IMG/VR virus record: IMGVR_UViG_3300037484_000435 | Coordinates: 160,001-224,000 of that record | Reading direction: 5' to 3' (one strand) | DNA: 64,000 nucleotides | Source of the DNA: a virus | Taxonomy: Duplodnaviria; Caudoviricetes | Part shown: one piece after another, positions 20,342 to 30,559 of the stretch | How the letters are laid out: every line of letters starts with the position of its first letter | Numbering within the stretch: the stretch's first letter is position 1 | Translations under genes and position numbers: made by a program | The notes under the pieces: generated by a model | The model's database searches: none | Seen by the model: the letters and a program-made list of their open reading frames with translations, nothing else | What the model was told of the DNA's origin: nothing

Positions 20342-20530
20342 CTAAAGATATGAATCAAAAAGGTGGGCATTGTCTTTAAACATAAGCTCATTATTCTTGG
20401 TTTCTTCCAACACACTAATCCTCTTTTTCAATTCCCTAACCTCTTCCCGTAACTCAGAGAGTTCCGTGAGATACTTCCCCATCATTGCTTGCATTTGTTT
20501 CACTTGTGTTTGTGATTGTTCTTTAGCCAT
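20342..20530 (-). CDS. Small coiled-coil protein directly downstream of a conserved promoter-like motif
   Basis: AGGAGG RBS; heptad-rich LTELSELREEVRELKKRISVLE. Confidence 0.6.
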   Translation of the reverse strand: MAKEQSQTQVKQMQAMMGKYLTELSELREEVRELKKRISVLEETKNNELMFKDNAHLFDSYL

Positions 20531-20543
20531 CAACGCCTCCTAA

Positions 20544-20570
20544 TATATAACTAGTACACAAATTCATCTC
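20544..20570 (-). promoter_or_regulatory. Conserved promoter-like motif, copy 1
   Basis: Minus strand GAGATGAATTTGTGTACTAGT followed by TATATA (-10-like), just upstream of an RBS. Confidence 0.7.
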
Positions 20571-21304
20571 AACCAATGTAACCGACGTTTTTCGTACAAA
20601 TCCAAAGCGAATTTATACAAAGAGATATCCGCCTCGTTATTCTTAGTAAGTGCTTTGAGCGAGTCAGCAGACAAATCTGTAGGGCGTGGTACACCGGGGA
20701 CATACTCAGCCTGTTTAACCACAACTCCGTTCCAATTGAATCTTCTATACATCATAGCAAGTATCTCTGGGTATAATTCCGTAAAACCAAAGAGCGTAAC
20801 TATATTCTCTAGGTGGTCACACGCCTGTCTATAAGCAACATCTACGGACTCGGTACGGTCTATTCCGCTTATTTTGTGACATATGCCATTATGATGTTCA
20901 TAATTAGGGTCATTGATAAGGTCCTCCAGTTTCTGAATCTTCATATTTTCATGGTCTTCATAAGAAGACATGTTAGACCCGTAATGATAGAGGGATAAAA
21001 ATCTATGGAGGGGTTCACGAAGTATAGTAATCAAATTAGACTTCTCCTGAATACCCCAAATAAATTCAGCTCCCATAGTAAAATGGCCTGTAATTAATTT
21101 AAACTGTGATTGGTTTTCTACAACTTGTTCCTCGGTGTAGTATCCAAGATGAATAAGCCCTATCCCTTCGTTTCCGTATTGAGAAGCAGCGGCCCACCGA
21201 AAAGAACTCCCCGCGGTGCGAGGGATGTGTAAGAAAGTAATGTGTTTTTCTGGATCGACCGAATCCCATTTTAAGAATTTATCTTCTAAAGTAAGTTTCC
21301 CCAT
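20564..21304 (-). CDS. Sulfotransferase (Sulfotransfer_2-like)
   Basis: FLHIPRTAGSS 5'-PSB loop, ITGHF, TILREP..RFLSLYHY 3'-PB motif, N.ADI.LY.FA. Confidence 0.85.
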   Translation of the reverse strand: MGKLTLEDKFLKWDSVDPEKHITFLHIPRTAGSSFRWAAASQYGNEGIGLIHLGYYTEEQVVENQSQFKLITGHFTMGAEFIWGIQEKSNLITILREPLHRFLSLYHYGSNMSSYEDHENMKIQKLEDLINDPNYEHHNGICHKISGIDRTESVDVAYRQACDHLENIVTLFGFTELYPEILAMMYRRFNWNGVVVKQAEYVPGVPRPTDLSADSLKALTKNNEADISLYKFALDLYEKRRLHWLR

Positions 21305-21939
21305 TATGGTTTCCTTATTGCACACTGCATATAACAAGTATGGATAATCTTTACACCCTTTTCCTCTGCAAACCGAGTTATAGCGTCAGTAACACCCTGA
21401 AGGTGTCCGTAATCATCCAATATTATTACTCCTTTAGAAACTAGCCTCGGCCAAAAGAAATGTAGGGCATCTATAGTGGGTTGATATATATCCATGTCTA
21501 AGTACACAAAGCAAAACTGATCGTCACCCACTTCTGGGAGGGTATCTGGCACCATCCCTTTATGGATGATGATAGAAGGACAATCCTTAAGAAACCTTTT
21601 AACCTTTTCGTAAGGGGCCGACCATTCTCCCCCAGTATAAACACCGCCCGCCCAATTTATATTTAGATGAGGATGGTCGCTAATAACATAGTCTATTGTT
21701 GGGTCAGTTAACTCCACAGGTACCCCCTCAAAGGTATCAAAAACGTGTATTTTTCTACTATGACCTACAGCATTGGCAAGCAATTTTGCTGAGCCGCCCT
21801 TATAACTTCCCAACTCTGCAATTTCACCCTCTAAAGATTGTACAGTATCATTAACCCACGACCATAGATTCCACAAACGATCTGGTGTAACTAGTGTGTA
21901 ACCCTGTATTACTTTACACACGTCAAAAAAATTGCTCAT
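21304..21939 (-). CDS. TylF/MycF-family sugar O-methyltransferase
   Basis: AELGSYKGGS, VFDTFEG, HKGMVPDTL, FVYLDMDIY, GVIILDDY. Confidence 0.88.
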   Translation of the reverse strand: MSNFFDVCKVIQGYTLVTPDRLWNLWSWVNDTVQSLEGEIAELGSYKGGSAKLLANAVGHSRKIHVFDTFEGVPVELTDPTIDYVISDHPHLNINWAGGVYTGGEWSAPYEKVKRFLKDCPSIIIHKGMVPDTLPEVGDDQFCFVYLDMDIYQPTIDALHFFWPRLVSKGVIILDDYGHLQGVTDAITRFAEEKGVKIIHTCYMQCAIRKP

Positions 21940-22811
21940 TTTTTACCTCCACATTCTTCATAAGAAACATAACCAGTTCTCCCAAATTTATCACACCTAG
22001 AAAGAGCTGACATTGCTATGTCACACTTTCTTACCATCGATAAGGAAGCATCTTGGTAAACCCAATTTATAAATTTTAGTGCTTTGGCTCCCACAAAACG
22101 CATACCCCAAATATTTTTGTGCCTGCTCGGAGACTTAGTATGCGAACAATACTTATTGAACTCCGCTAAAATATATTCCAGTATAGCGTAAGAGCCAGAG
22201 ACTATACTAATCTCCAACATTTTCCAGTTACGCCTAAATCCATTTTTGTCAGTGTAATTACAGTTTGTAAATCCTATACTCCCATCCCCCTCTAGATAAC
22301 CTCTAATATAATGAGGTACCATGGTCTTTAAAATATTAGAAGGCGGTTTTAATATAAAAGTTTTATTGGGTATGATGCCGTGTCTACACAAATCCCCGCA
22401 AAACTCTTTACCGTAAATCACAAGTCGATAGTAGTAATAATTTTGTTTGTAAGTGCTATGAGTTTTGTAATACTTACCAACATGACCTTCACCCACAGCA
22501 TCTTTAATTTGAAATAAAATTTCACAATCTTTTTCACTCGCTACCAATTCAACCCTATACATACTCTTATCTATACTCGCATCCGCACCAAAAAACCCGA
22601 GCACATACGCTTTTTCCTCGGAATCTATCAGCGACATATCTATACTGTGCCTTATTCTATGCGGCCTACTGAGGCCTTTCTTTTGAGCCCGAATTTTTAT
22701 AGCATCATCAGTCCTGCCCCGCAATAGTTTCCTCAAATCCTCCCATTCAGCAGTTCTATAATGTTCTCCAAGTAGTATGTCTTCTGCTGAAGACCAACGA
22801 CAGTTCCCCAT
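21936..22811 (-). mobile_element. Free-standing LAGLIDADG endonuclease with N-terminal WxxxE repeat
   Basis: WSSAED N-terminus; IDSEEKAYVLGFFGADA; YIRGYLEGDG. Confidence 0.88.
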
Positions 22812-23737
22812 TATTTTTCCCCTTCTATTATATCTGGAAAACTATAGTCACCAGCAAACCACTTCTGCCGGTTTTCCTTATAGTTAGGATGAACACTATG
22901 TGTCTTGAGCCACTCAATATTCTCTCTTACATATGCAGGAGAATTTTTTTCAGTTAGTTCCACCCGCTCAAGTTTAAATCTGGTCGGGTCAATCTTCTCC
23001 CCCAATAGTGAACGAAACATGCTGTGGTTATAGTAGAGCCACTTATTGACATCATCCTTCAAAAAATTTGTGTGACCATACGTATTGAGTTTACGCCATA
23101 TATGTTTAGCACTGCTACAGGAATGATAATGGTAACCAGTCAACCCTCTAGGCATTAGATACCCCACAGCATGTTCTACTCTTGGTTGTTCTAGTCTAAT
23201 GTTACGTTGTTGTAAATAAGAAAGTTGGGTCCAAACCATACCGGGCCAATCACCGGGGCTACTAAACGTGTTGTCAAAATCATAAGCATAAAAAATAGGA
23301 TTAGGCCTTACAGGCTCCCCGTCATGTTCATACAAAGTTTCGCACATTATTGACCCCTTGTCAGGGTTAGCAAAATCTATAATCTCGTCTATATCAGAAA
23401 CTAGCAACCAAGTTTTAGGTGGATACTTGTTATATATATACTCCTTCTGAGCTTCTCTTTGGAGAAAAATAATCTCCCAATCCTCAACTTTAGGACGACA
23501 TTTACGCTCTATTTCTACTTCAATAATTTTTATCTTGGGCAAGAACCTTTCAAAACGTTTGTCGGTTTCTAGTATACCCTTTAAGACATGCGGAGTACCT
23601 TTGTAATCTCCCCTGAAAGAGTATGTGTTCTCAGTTATTACCCATTCATCCACCCAAGGGGATTCAACATGAAATTTTATTAACAACATATCTGTCTGGT
23701 AGGGTTCGAAGAAACAAAATGAGTCAACAATAATCAT
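22811..23737 (-). CDS. GT17 (MGAT3-like) glycosyltransferase family protein
   Basis: Start refined to MIIVDSFCFFE..MLLIKF.....VDEWVI.E...SF.G..K; QRE; LLVSDIDEI; GYHYH. Confidence 0.7.
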   Translation of the reverse strand: MIIVDSFCFFEPYQTDMLLIKFHVESPWVDEWVITENTYSFRGDYKGTPHVLKGILETDKRFERFLPKIKIIEVEIERKCRPKVEDWEIIFLQREAQKEYIYNKYPPKTWLLVSDIDEIIDFANPDKGSIMCETLYEHDGEPVRPNPIFYAYDFDNTFSSPGDWPGMVWTQLSYLQQRNIRLEQPRVEHAVGYLMPRGLTGYHYHSCSSAKHIWRKLNTYGHTNFLKDDVNKWLYYNHSMFRSLLGEKIDPTRFKLERVELTEKNSPAYVRENIEWLKTHSVHPNYKENRQKWFAGDYSFPDIIEGEK

Positions 23738-24327
23738 AGTCCGTTCCCCTTTCTTAAAGCGACAGCTCCGTCGCCGCATATCTCCTGTACAGTGTAATGG
23801 TAATCTTTTATGAATTCGTCTACCGCCTTCTTTATCGTTCCCGCTCTCGGATAATCATGTATTACGAGATACCCTCGCGGAGATAAATGGGAGTTACAAA
23901 ACAACAAATCACTCATGGTTCCCTCGTAACTGTGGTCTCCGTCTATGAAACAGAAGCCCACGTTCAAATTGGGTATCGTACCTCTTAAATAAGTAGTTGA
24001 CCCCAACAAGGGAATAACACGCCCCTTGAGTTTGAACTTACGGTAAGTATCCATAAAGTTGTCAAAGTTCTTACCTATTGTAGCGGCCCTGTAATCCTCT
24101 AGGGGGTACCACAAATCTATTGCTAAAACTGTAAAAAATTGGGCTAAAATGACCGTTGAACAGCCCTTATAGGACCCAATTTCTATAACAAGGCCATCCT
24201 CCCCAAACTCCTCTGAAGCTTTCTTCGCCCACTTCTCAACAAACTCGTGCTCTGTGAACGGTATATCTTTAGGCTCCTGCCCAGGGGACAAAGCCCTTGG
24301 AACTTGTCTCCAGTCATAAATTCTCAT
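23734..24327 (-). CDS. Class I SAM methyltransferase (Methyltransf_24-like)
   Basis: VIEIGSYKGCST, AIDLW, FIDGDHSYE, LVIHDY. Confidence 0.85.
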   Translation of the reverse strand: MRIYDWRQVPRALSPGQEPKDIPFTEHEFVEKWAKKASEEFGEDGLVIEIGSYKGCSTVILAQFFTVLAIDLWYPLEDYRAATIGKNFDNFMDTYRKFKLKGRVIPLLGSTTYLRGTIPNLNVGFCFIDGDHSYEGTMSDLLFCNSHLSPRGYLVIHDYPRAGTIKKAVDEFIKDYHYTVQEICGDGAVALRKGNGL

Positions 24328-24328
24328 G

Positions 24329-26788
24329 CTACTTCACCCCCTTGGTGTTCAAACTATCTATATCTTCTCGCAAATGCCTATTTACCGCCTCGGCAGACCA
24401 ATGTTCTTCCGAGTACTTCAGGGAATTTAGCGATAACTCCCTTTGTAAATTACAATCATTTAAAATACCTATTACATTCTTGGCGAATTGTTCCCGTGTA
24501 TCACCGATGAGAACGTTTTCCCCGTCTGTCAACCCTATTCCTTCGGCCCCTATTGTAGTAGTCACTACAGGTAACCCATGAGACATAGCCATGGCTATCT
24601 TCCCTTTAAACCCCGCCCCAAACCTGATAGGAGCTACCAGTAAAGAAGAGTAATGCAAGAATACGGTTAAGTCTTCAACATGTCCTTTAACACAGATATT
24701 CTTGTCGTCATGAAGAGCTATTATGTCCTCGGGGGCTTTATCGCCTATCACAGTCAGCACCGCGTCAGGAACCTCCTTCTTTACTAGAGGAAAAACTTCA
24801 GAAGTGAACCAACGAATTGCATCCTGATTTGGAGTATGTTGCATACCACCAATAAAAATTATCTGATTTCTAAATTTAGACTCGCGATTAGAATCGGGTG
24901 GTGGATTAGGAGGACAATACCAAGGCCATACAGATACTTTAGTATCTGGTAATTCCTCTAATAAAATACCTTTTTCATAATCACTTACCGTTACCAACAA
25001 ATCACTATCCCTAATAATAGTAAACTCAGTTTGTTTAGTCTTATCCGATTGTAATAAGAGAGCATAATCATCATTTACTTTCGCTGTTCTCTGTTCTCGA
25101 AGATAGTGGAGGTCATGACAATAATAAACGATAGGAGCCTTTGTAAAGTTTCTTACCTGTTTGATATAATTTATGGCTAAAGGTCTGGCCAAAATAACCA
25201 AATCAATTGTATGTCCTAGGTCGGCCAGTGTATACTCGAAAGGAAAATTGGCTATATTGCAAATCTCCCAATTATTCTGCCACAAAGTCTTTATGTATTT
25301 TACATTTTGTGCCCGCCAGTTAGGATCGTCCGACCAGTAACGTATCTTAAATCCAAGGTCTTGCAAACGGGAACAATAAGAGAACACAGCGTAATCTCCT
25401 GCGTTGGTATCGTATTCAGGAATATGCCAATCCACCCACAAAGCGGTAGGTTTAAGAATTTCGGCTAGCAGGGGGCAATCAAAATCATCTTGCTCCCCTA
25501 ATTGAATAACATATTTCCCTTCCATAGCGTTAGACTTAGACTTGAGAGTAGACAGGTCATAGGTTTTAGATATAAAATAATCATAGAAACGAGGACGTTC
25601 TGCAAGTATCTTCTCCAACATGCTTTCACTCTCATATAACATAACCTCAACGGTATCGGGGATCCAGTCGTGTACGGACATCCAGTCGTCTACACCTACG
25701 TGGAGAGGAAAAAGTGTGACAAAAAAATCTCTATTGACCAAATCCTTTATGTAATCCATAATAGCAGTATCAGCATAGTGAGGACGGGGTACAAAATCAT
25801 TTATAATCAAAACTCTACCACGATACCTCTTGTTGGTTCTAGCGTAAACTGGTGGATTTGACTTGTGATAACCAGTAGCAAGTATTTCTTGATGCCTTCC
25901 CTTCAGAATCTTAGTGTGTTCCTTTACTAGGGTGTCAACACTATTCGAATCGCTACTCCCATACTCATAATGTAACACCTTTGCATTAGGGTCATAGATA
26001 ATTTTATACCCAGATTCTCTGGCACGTAAACAGTAGTCGGATTCCTCGCAGTAACCAGGTGAATATACTTCGTCAAATTTATTTAATTCAAAAAATAATT
26101 CTCTAGGAGTCATAAAACAAGAACCCGAAACGTAATCTACTTCCCTAACAAAATTAACGTCCCCAATATCTGGGTTACGCCCTTTACTATATTCCGCGGC
26201 CTCCCCATCACTCCATAGTATTCCCCCCGCGTCCTGTACTGTATTATCTAAACGTCGTATTTGTGCTCCTACAACCCCAATATTCGTTTGCTTCCAATTT
26301 CGTATACGTTTAAGTAAACTTTGTATACAATTATAGGTCACTAACGCGTCATCATTCAACAGAAGAATATATTCGCCCGAAGTCTGTTCCGCTCCGATAT
26401 TAACACCAGCAACAAAGCCTTGGTTCCCCTCGTTATTAATAATTTTTACATTCTCTAATCTAGAAAGCAATTCCTTATTTTTATCAGAACTTCCATTATT
26501 AGATATAATAATTTCGTAGGAACAATCAGTAACCCAACGGCGTAAAGCCATAAAACATAATAGCTCTAAAGCTGTTTGAGTGTAAGTCACAATTATAATA
26601 CTAACTTCGGGTTTCTCAAAAAAAGGAAACACTATTTTTTTATTTGATTTTAAAAAAGCCTCTAACTGCTGCTCTGCCTTACCTAAAAATTGCTCCTTAA
26701 GCGTGGGTGGTGGAGGTGCTACTGGTGTAGGGGGTTTCTGAGTTATAACAAACTCCTTTACCTTATTTTTCTTTTTATTTTTTTTCAT
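24329..26788 (-). CDS. Multidomain GT2 + GT4 glycosyltransferase
   Basis: N-terminal VSIII..NNGSSD..N.GF..G.N.G..LLNDD, YCEESD; C-terminal IGGMQH.PN.D, APIRFGAGFKGKI..AM..GLPVVTT. Confidence 0.92.
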   Translation of the reverse strand: MKKNKKKNKVKEFVITQKPPTPVAPPPPTLKEQFLGKAEQQLEAFLKSNKKIVFPFFEKPEVSIIIVTYTQTALELLCFMALRRWVTDCSYEIIISNNGSSDKNKELLSRLENVKIINNEGNQGFVAGVNIGAEQTSGEYILLLNDDALVTYNCIQSLLKRIRNWKQTNIGVVGAQIRRLDNTVQDAGGILWSDGEAAEYSKGRNPDIGDVNFVREVDYVSGSCFMTPRELFFELNKFDEVYSPGYCEESDYCLRARESGYKIIYDPNAKVLHYEYGSSDSNSVDTLVKEHTKILKGRHQEILATGYHKSNPPVYARTNKRYRGRVLIINDFVPRPHYADTAIMDYIKDLVNRDFFVTLFPLHVGVDDWMSVHDWIPDTVEVMLYESESMLEKILAERPRFYDYFISKTYDLSTLKSKSNAMEGKYVIQLGEQDDFDCPLLAEILKPTALWVDWHIPEYDTNAGDYAVFSYCSRLQDLGFKIRYWSDDPNWRAQNVKYIKTLWQNNWEICNIANFPFEYTLADLGHTIDLVILARPLAINYIKQVRNFTKAPIVYYCHDLHYLREQRTAKVNDDYALLLQSDKTKQTEFTIIRDSDLLVTVSDYEKGILLEELPDTKVSVWPWYCPPNPPPDSNRESKFRNQIIFIGGMQHTPNQDAIRWFTSEVFPLVKKEVPDAVLTVIGDKAPEDIIALHDDKNICVKGHVEDLTVFLHYSSLLVAPIRFGAGFKGKIAMAMSHGLPVVTTTIGAEGIGLTDGENVLIGDTREQFAKNVIGILNDCNLQRELSLNSLKYSEEHWSAEAVNRHLREDIDSLNTKGVK

Positions 26789-26791
26789 ATC

Positions 26792-27031
26792 TTAACTGTC
26801 CATAGCCTGTAAAAATGCGTTGTAGTGGCGGGCACCAGCAACTGATTGGGCTAAATTTAACCTCTCCTCAACACTCATATTTGGCCACTCTACTTTTATG
26901 GCAGTCAATAAGTATTCTGAATCTACATCTATAGGTTTACCAATAAATAATTCCGATAAACGCAGTCGGAATTCCCTATTCCTGTTCAGTTGTTTTAATA
27001 CATAATCTTTGGCTACCTCTATCTCAGTCAT
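26792..27031 (-). CDS. Hypothetical protein
   Basis: ORF track; operon spacing. Confidence 0.5.
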   Translation of the reverse strand: MTEIEVAKDYVLKQLNRNREFRLRLSELFIGKPIDVDSEYLLTAIKVEWPNMSVEERLNLAQSVAGARHYNAFLQAMDS

Positions 27032-27362
27032 CTACTACCTCCAACTCAAGCATCTTGCCAGTTAAGTAAGCGTGATAGGCACGATTAAAAAACAATGGCA
27101 CGAATGGGGCATTCTGATACCAATTAAATATAAAAGAACGGCGTGCCTTCTCGTGACCATCTATACCTTCCTCAAACATATTTGTGTCAGAAAGAACATC
27201 ATAATCTATTGGTCCTAAATCTGGTATGTCCCACAATTTAGAAATCTCATGAAGATGGTAAGCAGTCTTTGTTAATTTCTCTAACACCTCTTTGGTTACT
27301 GGTGGTGGACTTTCCAAAGTAAACTCTACCCCGTCCTCACTCTTCAATTTTAGCGACATCAT
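27024..27362 (-). CDS. Hypothetical protein (paralog of 42687..42971)
   Basis: Shared pattern KL...L.EI...W and FI..WY..APF; start refined using AGGGGG RBS. Confidence 0.55.
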   Translation of the reverse strand: MMSLKLKSEDGVEFTLESPPPVTKEVLEKLTKTAYHLHEISKLWDIPDLGPIDYDVLSDTNMFEEGIDGHEKARRSFIFNWYQNAPFVPLFFNRAYHAYLTGKMLELEVVDD

Positions 27363-27567
27363 CCCTCCTAAATTTATGAGCCCAATACTCTTTAGTCTCA
27401 ATGCAGAGTTCCCTAGTATCCACATTGAAGTAGATACCAGGGTCTAATTTTAAATACTTAGGTTTATCAGGATAGTTACGTAGTGCACGCAGAAGTTCCT
27501 CAATAAGGCAAGAATTGTAACAAGCCATCAAATTGTTGTATTCTTCTGGGTCACGCACTATTAACAT
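27337..27567 (-). CDS. Hypothetical protein
   Basis: ORF track. Confidence 0.45.
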   Translation of the reverse strand: MLIVRDPEEYNNLMACYNSCLIEELLRALRNYPDKPKYLKLDPGIYFNVDTRELCIETKEYWAHKFRRDDVAKIEE

Positions 27568-27576
27568 TATATTTTC

Positions 27577-27834
27577 CTATACAGAAACGGGAACCAGCTT
27601 AAAATCACAGCGGCCTGCACCGTCCCTAGGAACATATACTTGACATTCCCCGATGCCATTTTCGTCTGTTAGAATCCTAGATGGAGTAACCTCCAGCTTT
27701 CCCTGCGTCACCACTGGAATCACTTCCACATTAGGACACGCGGCCCCACAATCCTCGTCAACCACCATAAACTTGTAGTTAACTGCGGTAGTCACTGTTA
27801 TATGACCCAAATTTGTTCTACCAATCGCCTTCAT
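27577..27834 (-). CDS. Small stand-alone Ig-like (Big_1-like) beta-sandwich protein
   Basis: F.VVDED.G.A.PNV.V....G.L.V.P...TDENG.G; all-beta pattern. Confidence 0.5.
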   Translation of the reverse strand: MKAIGRTNLGHITVTTAVNYKFMVVDEDCGAACPNVEVIPVVTQGKLEVTPSRILTDENGIGECQVYVPRDGAGRCDFKLVPVSV

Positions 27835-27845
27835 TTTTTTTCTCC

Positions 27846-28043
27846 TTAATTCTGCACAATACAGTTCTCAATTTTAAAATGCTCAACAATCGACCCATCT
27901 TCTATAAAAATGTCATCGCCACACCTATAAGCCTGAGCTAAGTCAGAGTAGGTTACTGTTTTTCTAAATGGATAAGTAGCGACTACTAACATGTTCGTAG
28001 CGTCATAGTCCGCTAAAAGAGAATCAGTAATAATTTTAATCAT
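27846..28043 (-). CDS. Hypothetical protein
   Basis: ORF track; AAGGAG RBS. Confidence 0.5.
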   Translation of the reverse strand: MIKIITDSLLADYDATNMLVVATYPFRKTVTYSDLAQAYRCGDDIFIEDGSIVEHFKIENCIVQN

Positions 28044-28045
28044 TT

Positions 28046-28237
28046 TTAAACCTCATAATTTAATTTAAGCCAAGTATCCACATCCATATCCTCGGAAGAT
28101 ATATCTGCGGGTAAATTTTCTATGCAATCACGACGAATAAATATTTTACCGTCTTTAGTTGCATAAGCAGGAAATATCAAAACAATATCCCCGTAGTCCT
28201 TTTCAATAGTATAGAAACCGTCGTTTACTTCTTTCAT
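28046..28237 (-). CDS. Hypothetical protein
   Basis: ORF track; AAGGAAAG RBS. Confidence 0.5.
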   Translation of the reverse strand: MKEVNDGFYTIEKDYGDIVLIFPAYATKDGKIFIRRDCIENLPADISSEDMDVDTWLKLNYEV

Positions 28238-28246
28238 ACTCTTTCC

Positions 28247-29218
28247 TTACAAAAAAGACAAGGCTTTTTGGTATTTACGGTCCATATATATCGTGGCCCC
28301 TCCGTACATCCAACTCAAAAAACGATGCCCCCTTTTTCCGCGATATTGTAGTTGGTAAGATTTTTTGCCAATAGGACAAATATTTACGATTTCTTTCTGT
28401 CTTGTTAATTCATTATATTTTTTGTGAATCCAATCAAGAACCCCGAAAGTGCCACAAAAAGATACCAGACAGTAAAAATTTCCCGTTCCCTTCTTTTTTC
28501 CTTTGGAGGACTGGTAAGCCCCAATACTTCCATCTCCATCGAAATAGCCCCTTACCCAATGAGATACAAATCGATCAGACAACCCCTTTGGTGGTTTAAG
28601 TATAAGAGATTTGTTCGGGACGATTCCCCAACCCTCTAAAGCGTTACAGAGATCTAGGCCGTAAACCCTAAGACTACAAGATGTTAATCCAGTCTTTTTC
28701 CCCCCGCAACTATCTTTATGTCCCAATATCTTGGAATCTGGACATAGAACATTTTTAATTTTAACAAGATGACTATTATCTTTAGTCGATAGAGTTATTC
28801 CTAGATACTTACTTTTATCTGATCTATACACAACGAAACCATCCGCAGCGATAAACCCTAAAAGATATGCTTTAATCACTGTATCAATTTTAGCAAAATC
28901 CAATACACTACGTGGATGAACGTCTCGTTGCAAGCCTAATCTATTTGCTTTTAAAACTATTGCCTGATAACTACGATTAGGGAAATATTTAGTAATCTCT
29001 CCTACCAACATATTATTAAACCACATCTCCTGAAGTAATTCTTCCTCAGATTTTGTCCACCTAAGTTGAGGTGCCCGTATTAGTTTTCTGTCTGTTAACC
29101 AGCCCCAGATCGTATACGGATGAATCCCAACTTCTTCTGCTATTTCTGTGTACTCTCTACCATTAATATACATTTCACAAACTGAGTTCTTTACAACATC
29201 AGAATAAATAATACCCAT
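28247..29218 (-). mobile_element. Free-standing LAGLIDADG endonuclease with N-terminal HTH and WTxxE repeat
   Basis: Start refined to ATG 29218 (GGAGGTGG RBS); IDTVIKAYLLGFIAADG; WVRGYFDGDG. Confidence 0.9.
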
Positions 29219-29264
29219 TGATACCACCTCCATAGTGCCTTAGATATCAATGCAACCAAGTCAG
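29216..29264 (-). promoter_or_regulatory. Start-codon-sequestering hairpin plus upstream CTGACTT motif
   Basis: Minus strand CATTGATATC-loop-GGTATCAATG gives a 10-bp stem covering the ATG, with most of the RBS in the loop. Confidence 0.65.
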
Positions 29265-30278
29265 TTATTTTTTATGAACCCTTTCTCTATACCACTCTAC
29301 CGTCTTACCCACTGCTTCCCTTACAGGGGTCGGCTCCCATTCTACACCTGCTTTCTTCAATACGCCCAAAAGCTTTGTGTTGTCCAAAACTTTATGCATT
29401 TGGCCTGTAGGTTTATTAGTATCAAAATGTATCTTCCCACTAAAACCAGTCACATCCTTTATTGCTACTGCTAATTCTTCTATGGTAGTGCCAATCCCAG
29501 TAGAAATATTAAGGGGACCAATTTCCTCAAAATTATTGATAATGTCAATAAACAATTTTCCAAAATCACCAGCATAAATAAAATCTCTGGTAACGTTAGG
29601 ATTTCCCCACACAGTTACACTGTCATACCCCTCATCACAAGCCTCAATAAAACGTTGTATAAGAGCCATTGCAACGTGGGATTCTTGTTCGAGACAATTA
29701 TCCCATTTACCGATAAGATTAGTAGGCAAGAGTATTGTTGTTTTAATTCCAAATTGTTTCTTGTATACGTCCGCCGCGATAAGCAAAGTTTTCTTAGCAA
29801 AACTGTACCCCAAAGAAGTTTCCACTGGTAACCCGTCCCACATCTCTCCTTCTTTATAAGGCGTAATCTTGTCAGGTTTTAGTGCATAGGAACAACCACC
29901 CATCAACATAATAAGTTTTTCAACAACCCTGTTGGGAGCGGCACAAGTTTCTAACATGTTCATTCCCATCATGAGATTTTGCCAAAAATAAGTGGCTTGT
30001 CGTTCCATGTTGTCCTTAATCCCACCTGATTTACCAGCCAAATGTATAACTGTACGAATGGGACCATGATTAGCCTCAATAGAATTAAACATTGTAGTAA
30101 CATGATTGAGCCGAGTCAAATCAAAAAATTTTGAGCCGTTTATAGTTACTATATCCGCAAATTTCCAACGATTTTCTATTTCGCCTATTAAGTTCTTCGC
30201 AATGAACCCAGTGTCTCCTGTTATGAGGACACGACCTGAGAAGGGAATACCCCTCTTTCTGTTAGTTCCTACCATCAA
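29265..30278 (-). CDS. fcl: GDP-L-fucose synthase (Fcl/WcaG)-like epimerase-reductase
   Basis: TGDTGFI, DLT, HLAGKSGGI..N, GCSY, E..GY..AK, PTNL.G..D....SHV, VWG....TRDF.Y..D, LNISTG, FDT.KP.G. Confidence 0.88.
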   Translation of the reverse strand: MMVGTNRKRGIPFSGRVLITGDTGFIAKNLIGEIENRWKFADIVTINGSKFFDLTRLNHVTTMFNSIEANHGPIRTVIHLAGKSGGIKDNMERQATYFWQNLMMGMNMLETCAAPNRVVEKLIMLMGGCSYALKPDKITPYKEGEMWDGLPVETSLGYSFAKKTLLIAADVYKKQFGIKTTILLPTNLIGKWDNCLEQESHVAMALIQRFIEACDEGYDSVTVWGNPNVTRDFIYAGDFGKLFIDIINNFEEIGPLNISTGIGTTIEELAVAIKDVTGFSGKIHFDTNKPTGQMHKVLDNTKLLGVLKKAGVEWEPTPVREAVGKTVEWYRERVHKK

Positions 30279-30292
30279 ATTCCTCCCTTGTC

Positions 30293-30559
30293 CTAGTCCA
30301 ATAAATCCTTGGGGTGTTTCTGTTTACTGTCCCCATAAATCTGTTTAAACGCTTCCTTGAACGATTTGACATCGCCATCAATCAACCACAATCCCTGAGC
30401 ACAAAATTTTGAAATATGTTTCTCAACAGGCTCAGGATTAAGGTTACAAATTACCATTTCGGGGTGGCCACCCTCCTCTGAATTCAAGCAGTTGGCACAT
30501 GTAATTTTCTTGTTCTCCACTATCGTTATACTCGCATTCTGTTCGAGCGTTTTCCTCAT
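30293..30559 (-). CDS. Small Cys-rich hypothetical protein
   Basis: Start refined to MRKTLEQ (AAGGAG RBS); CANC...CNLNP...C. Confidence 0.55.
   Translation of the reverse strand: MRKTLEQNASITIVENKKITCANCLNSEEGGHPEMVICNLNPEPVEKHISKFCAQGLWLIDGDVKSFKEAFKQIYGDSKQKHPKDLLD

Noticed and set aside
30444-30559. 116-nt same-strand overlap of two small ORFs as deliberate dual coding
   Set aside because: The upstream tail has no recognisable features; more simply a stop-codon loss.
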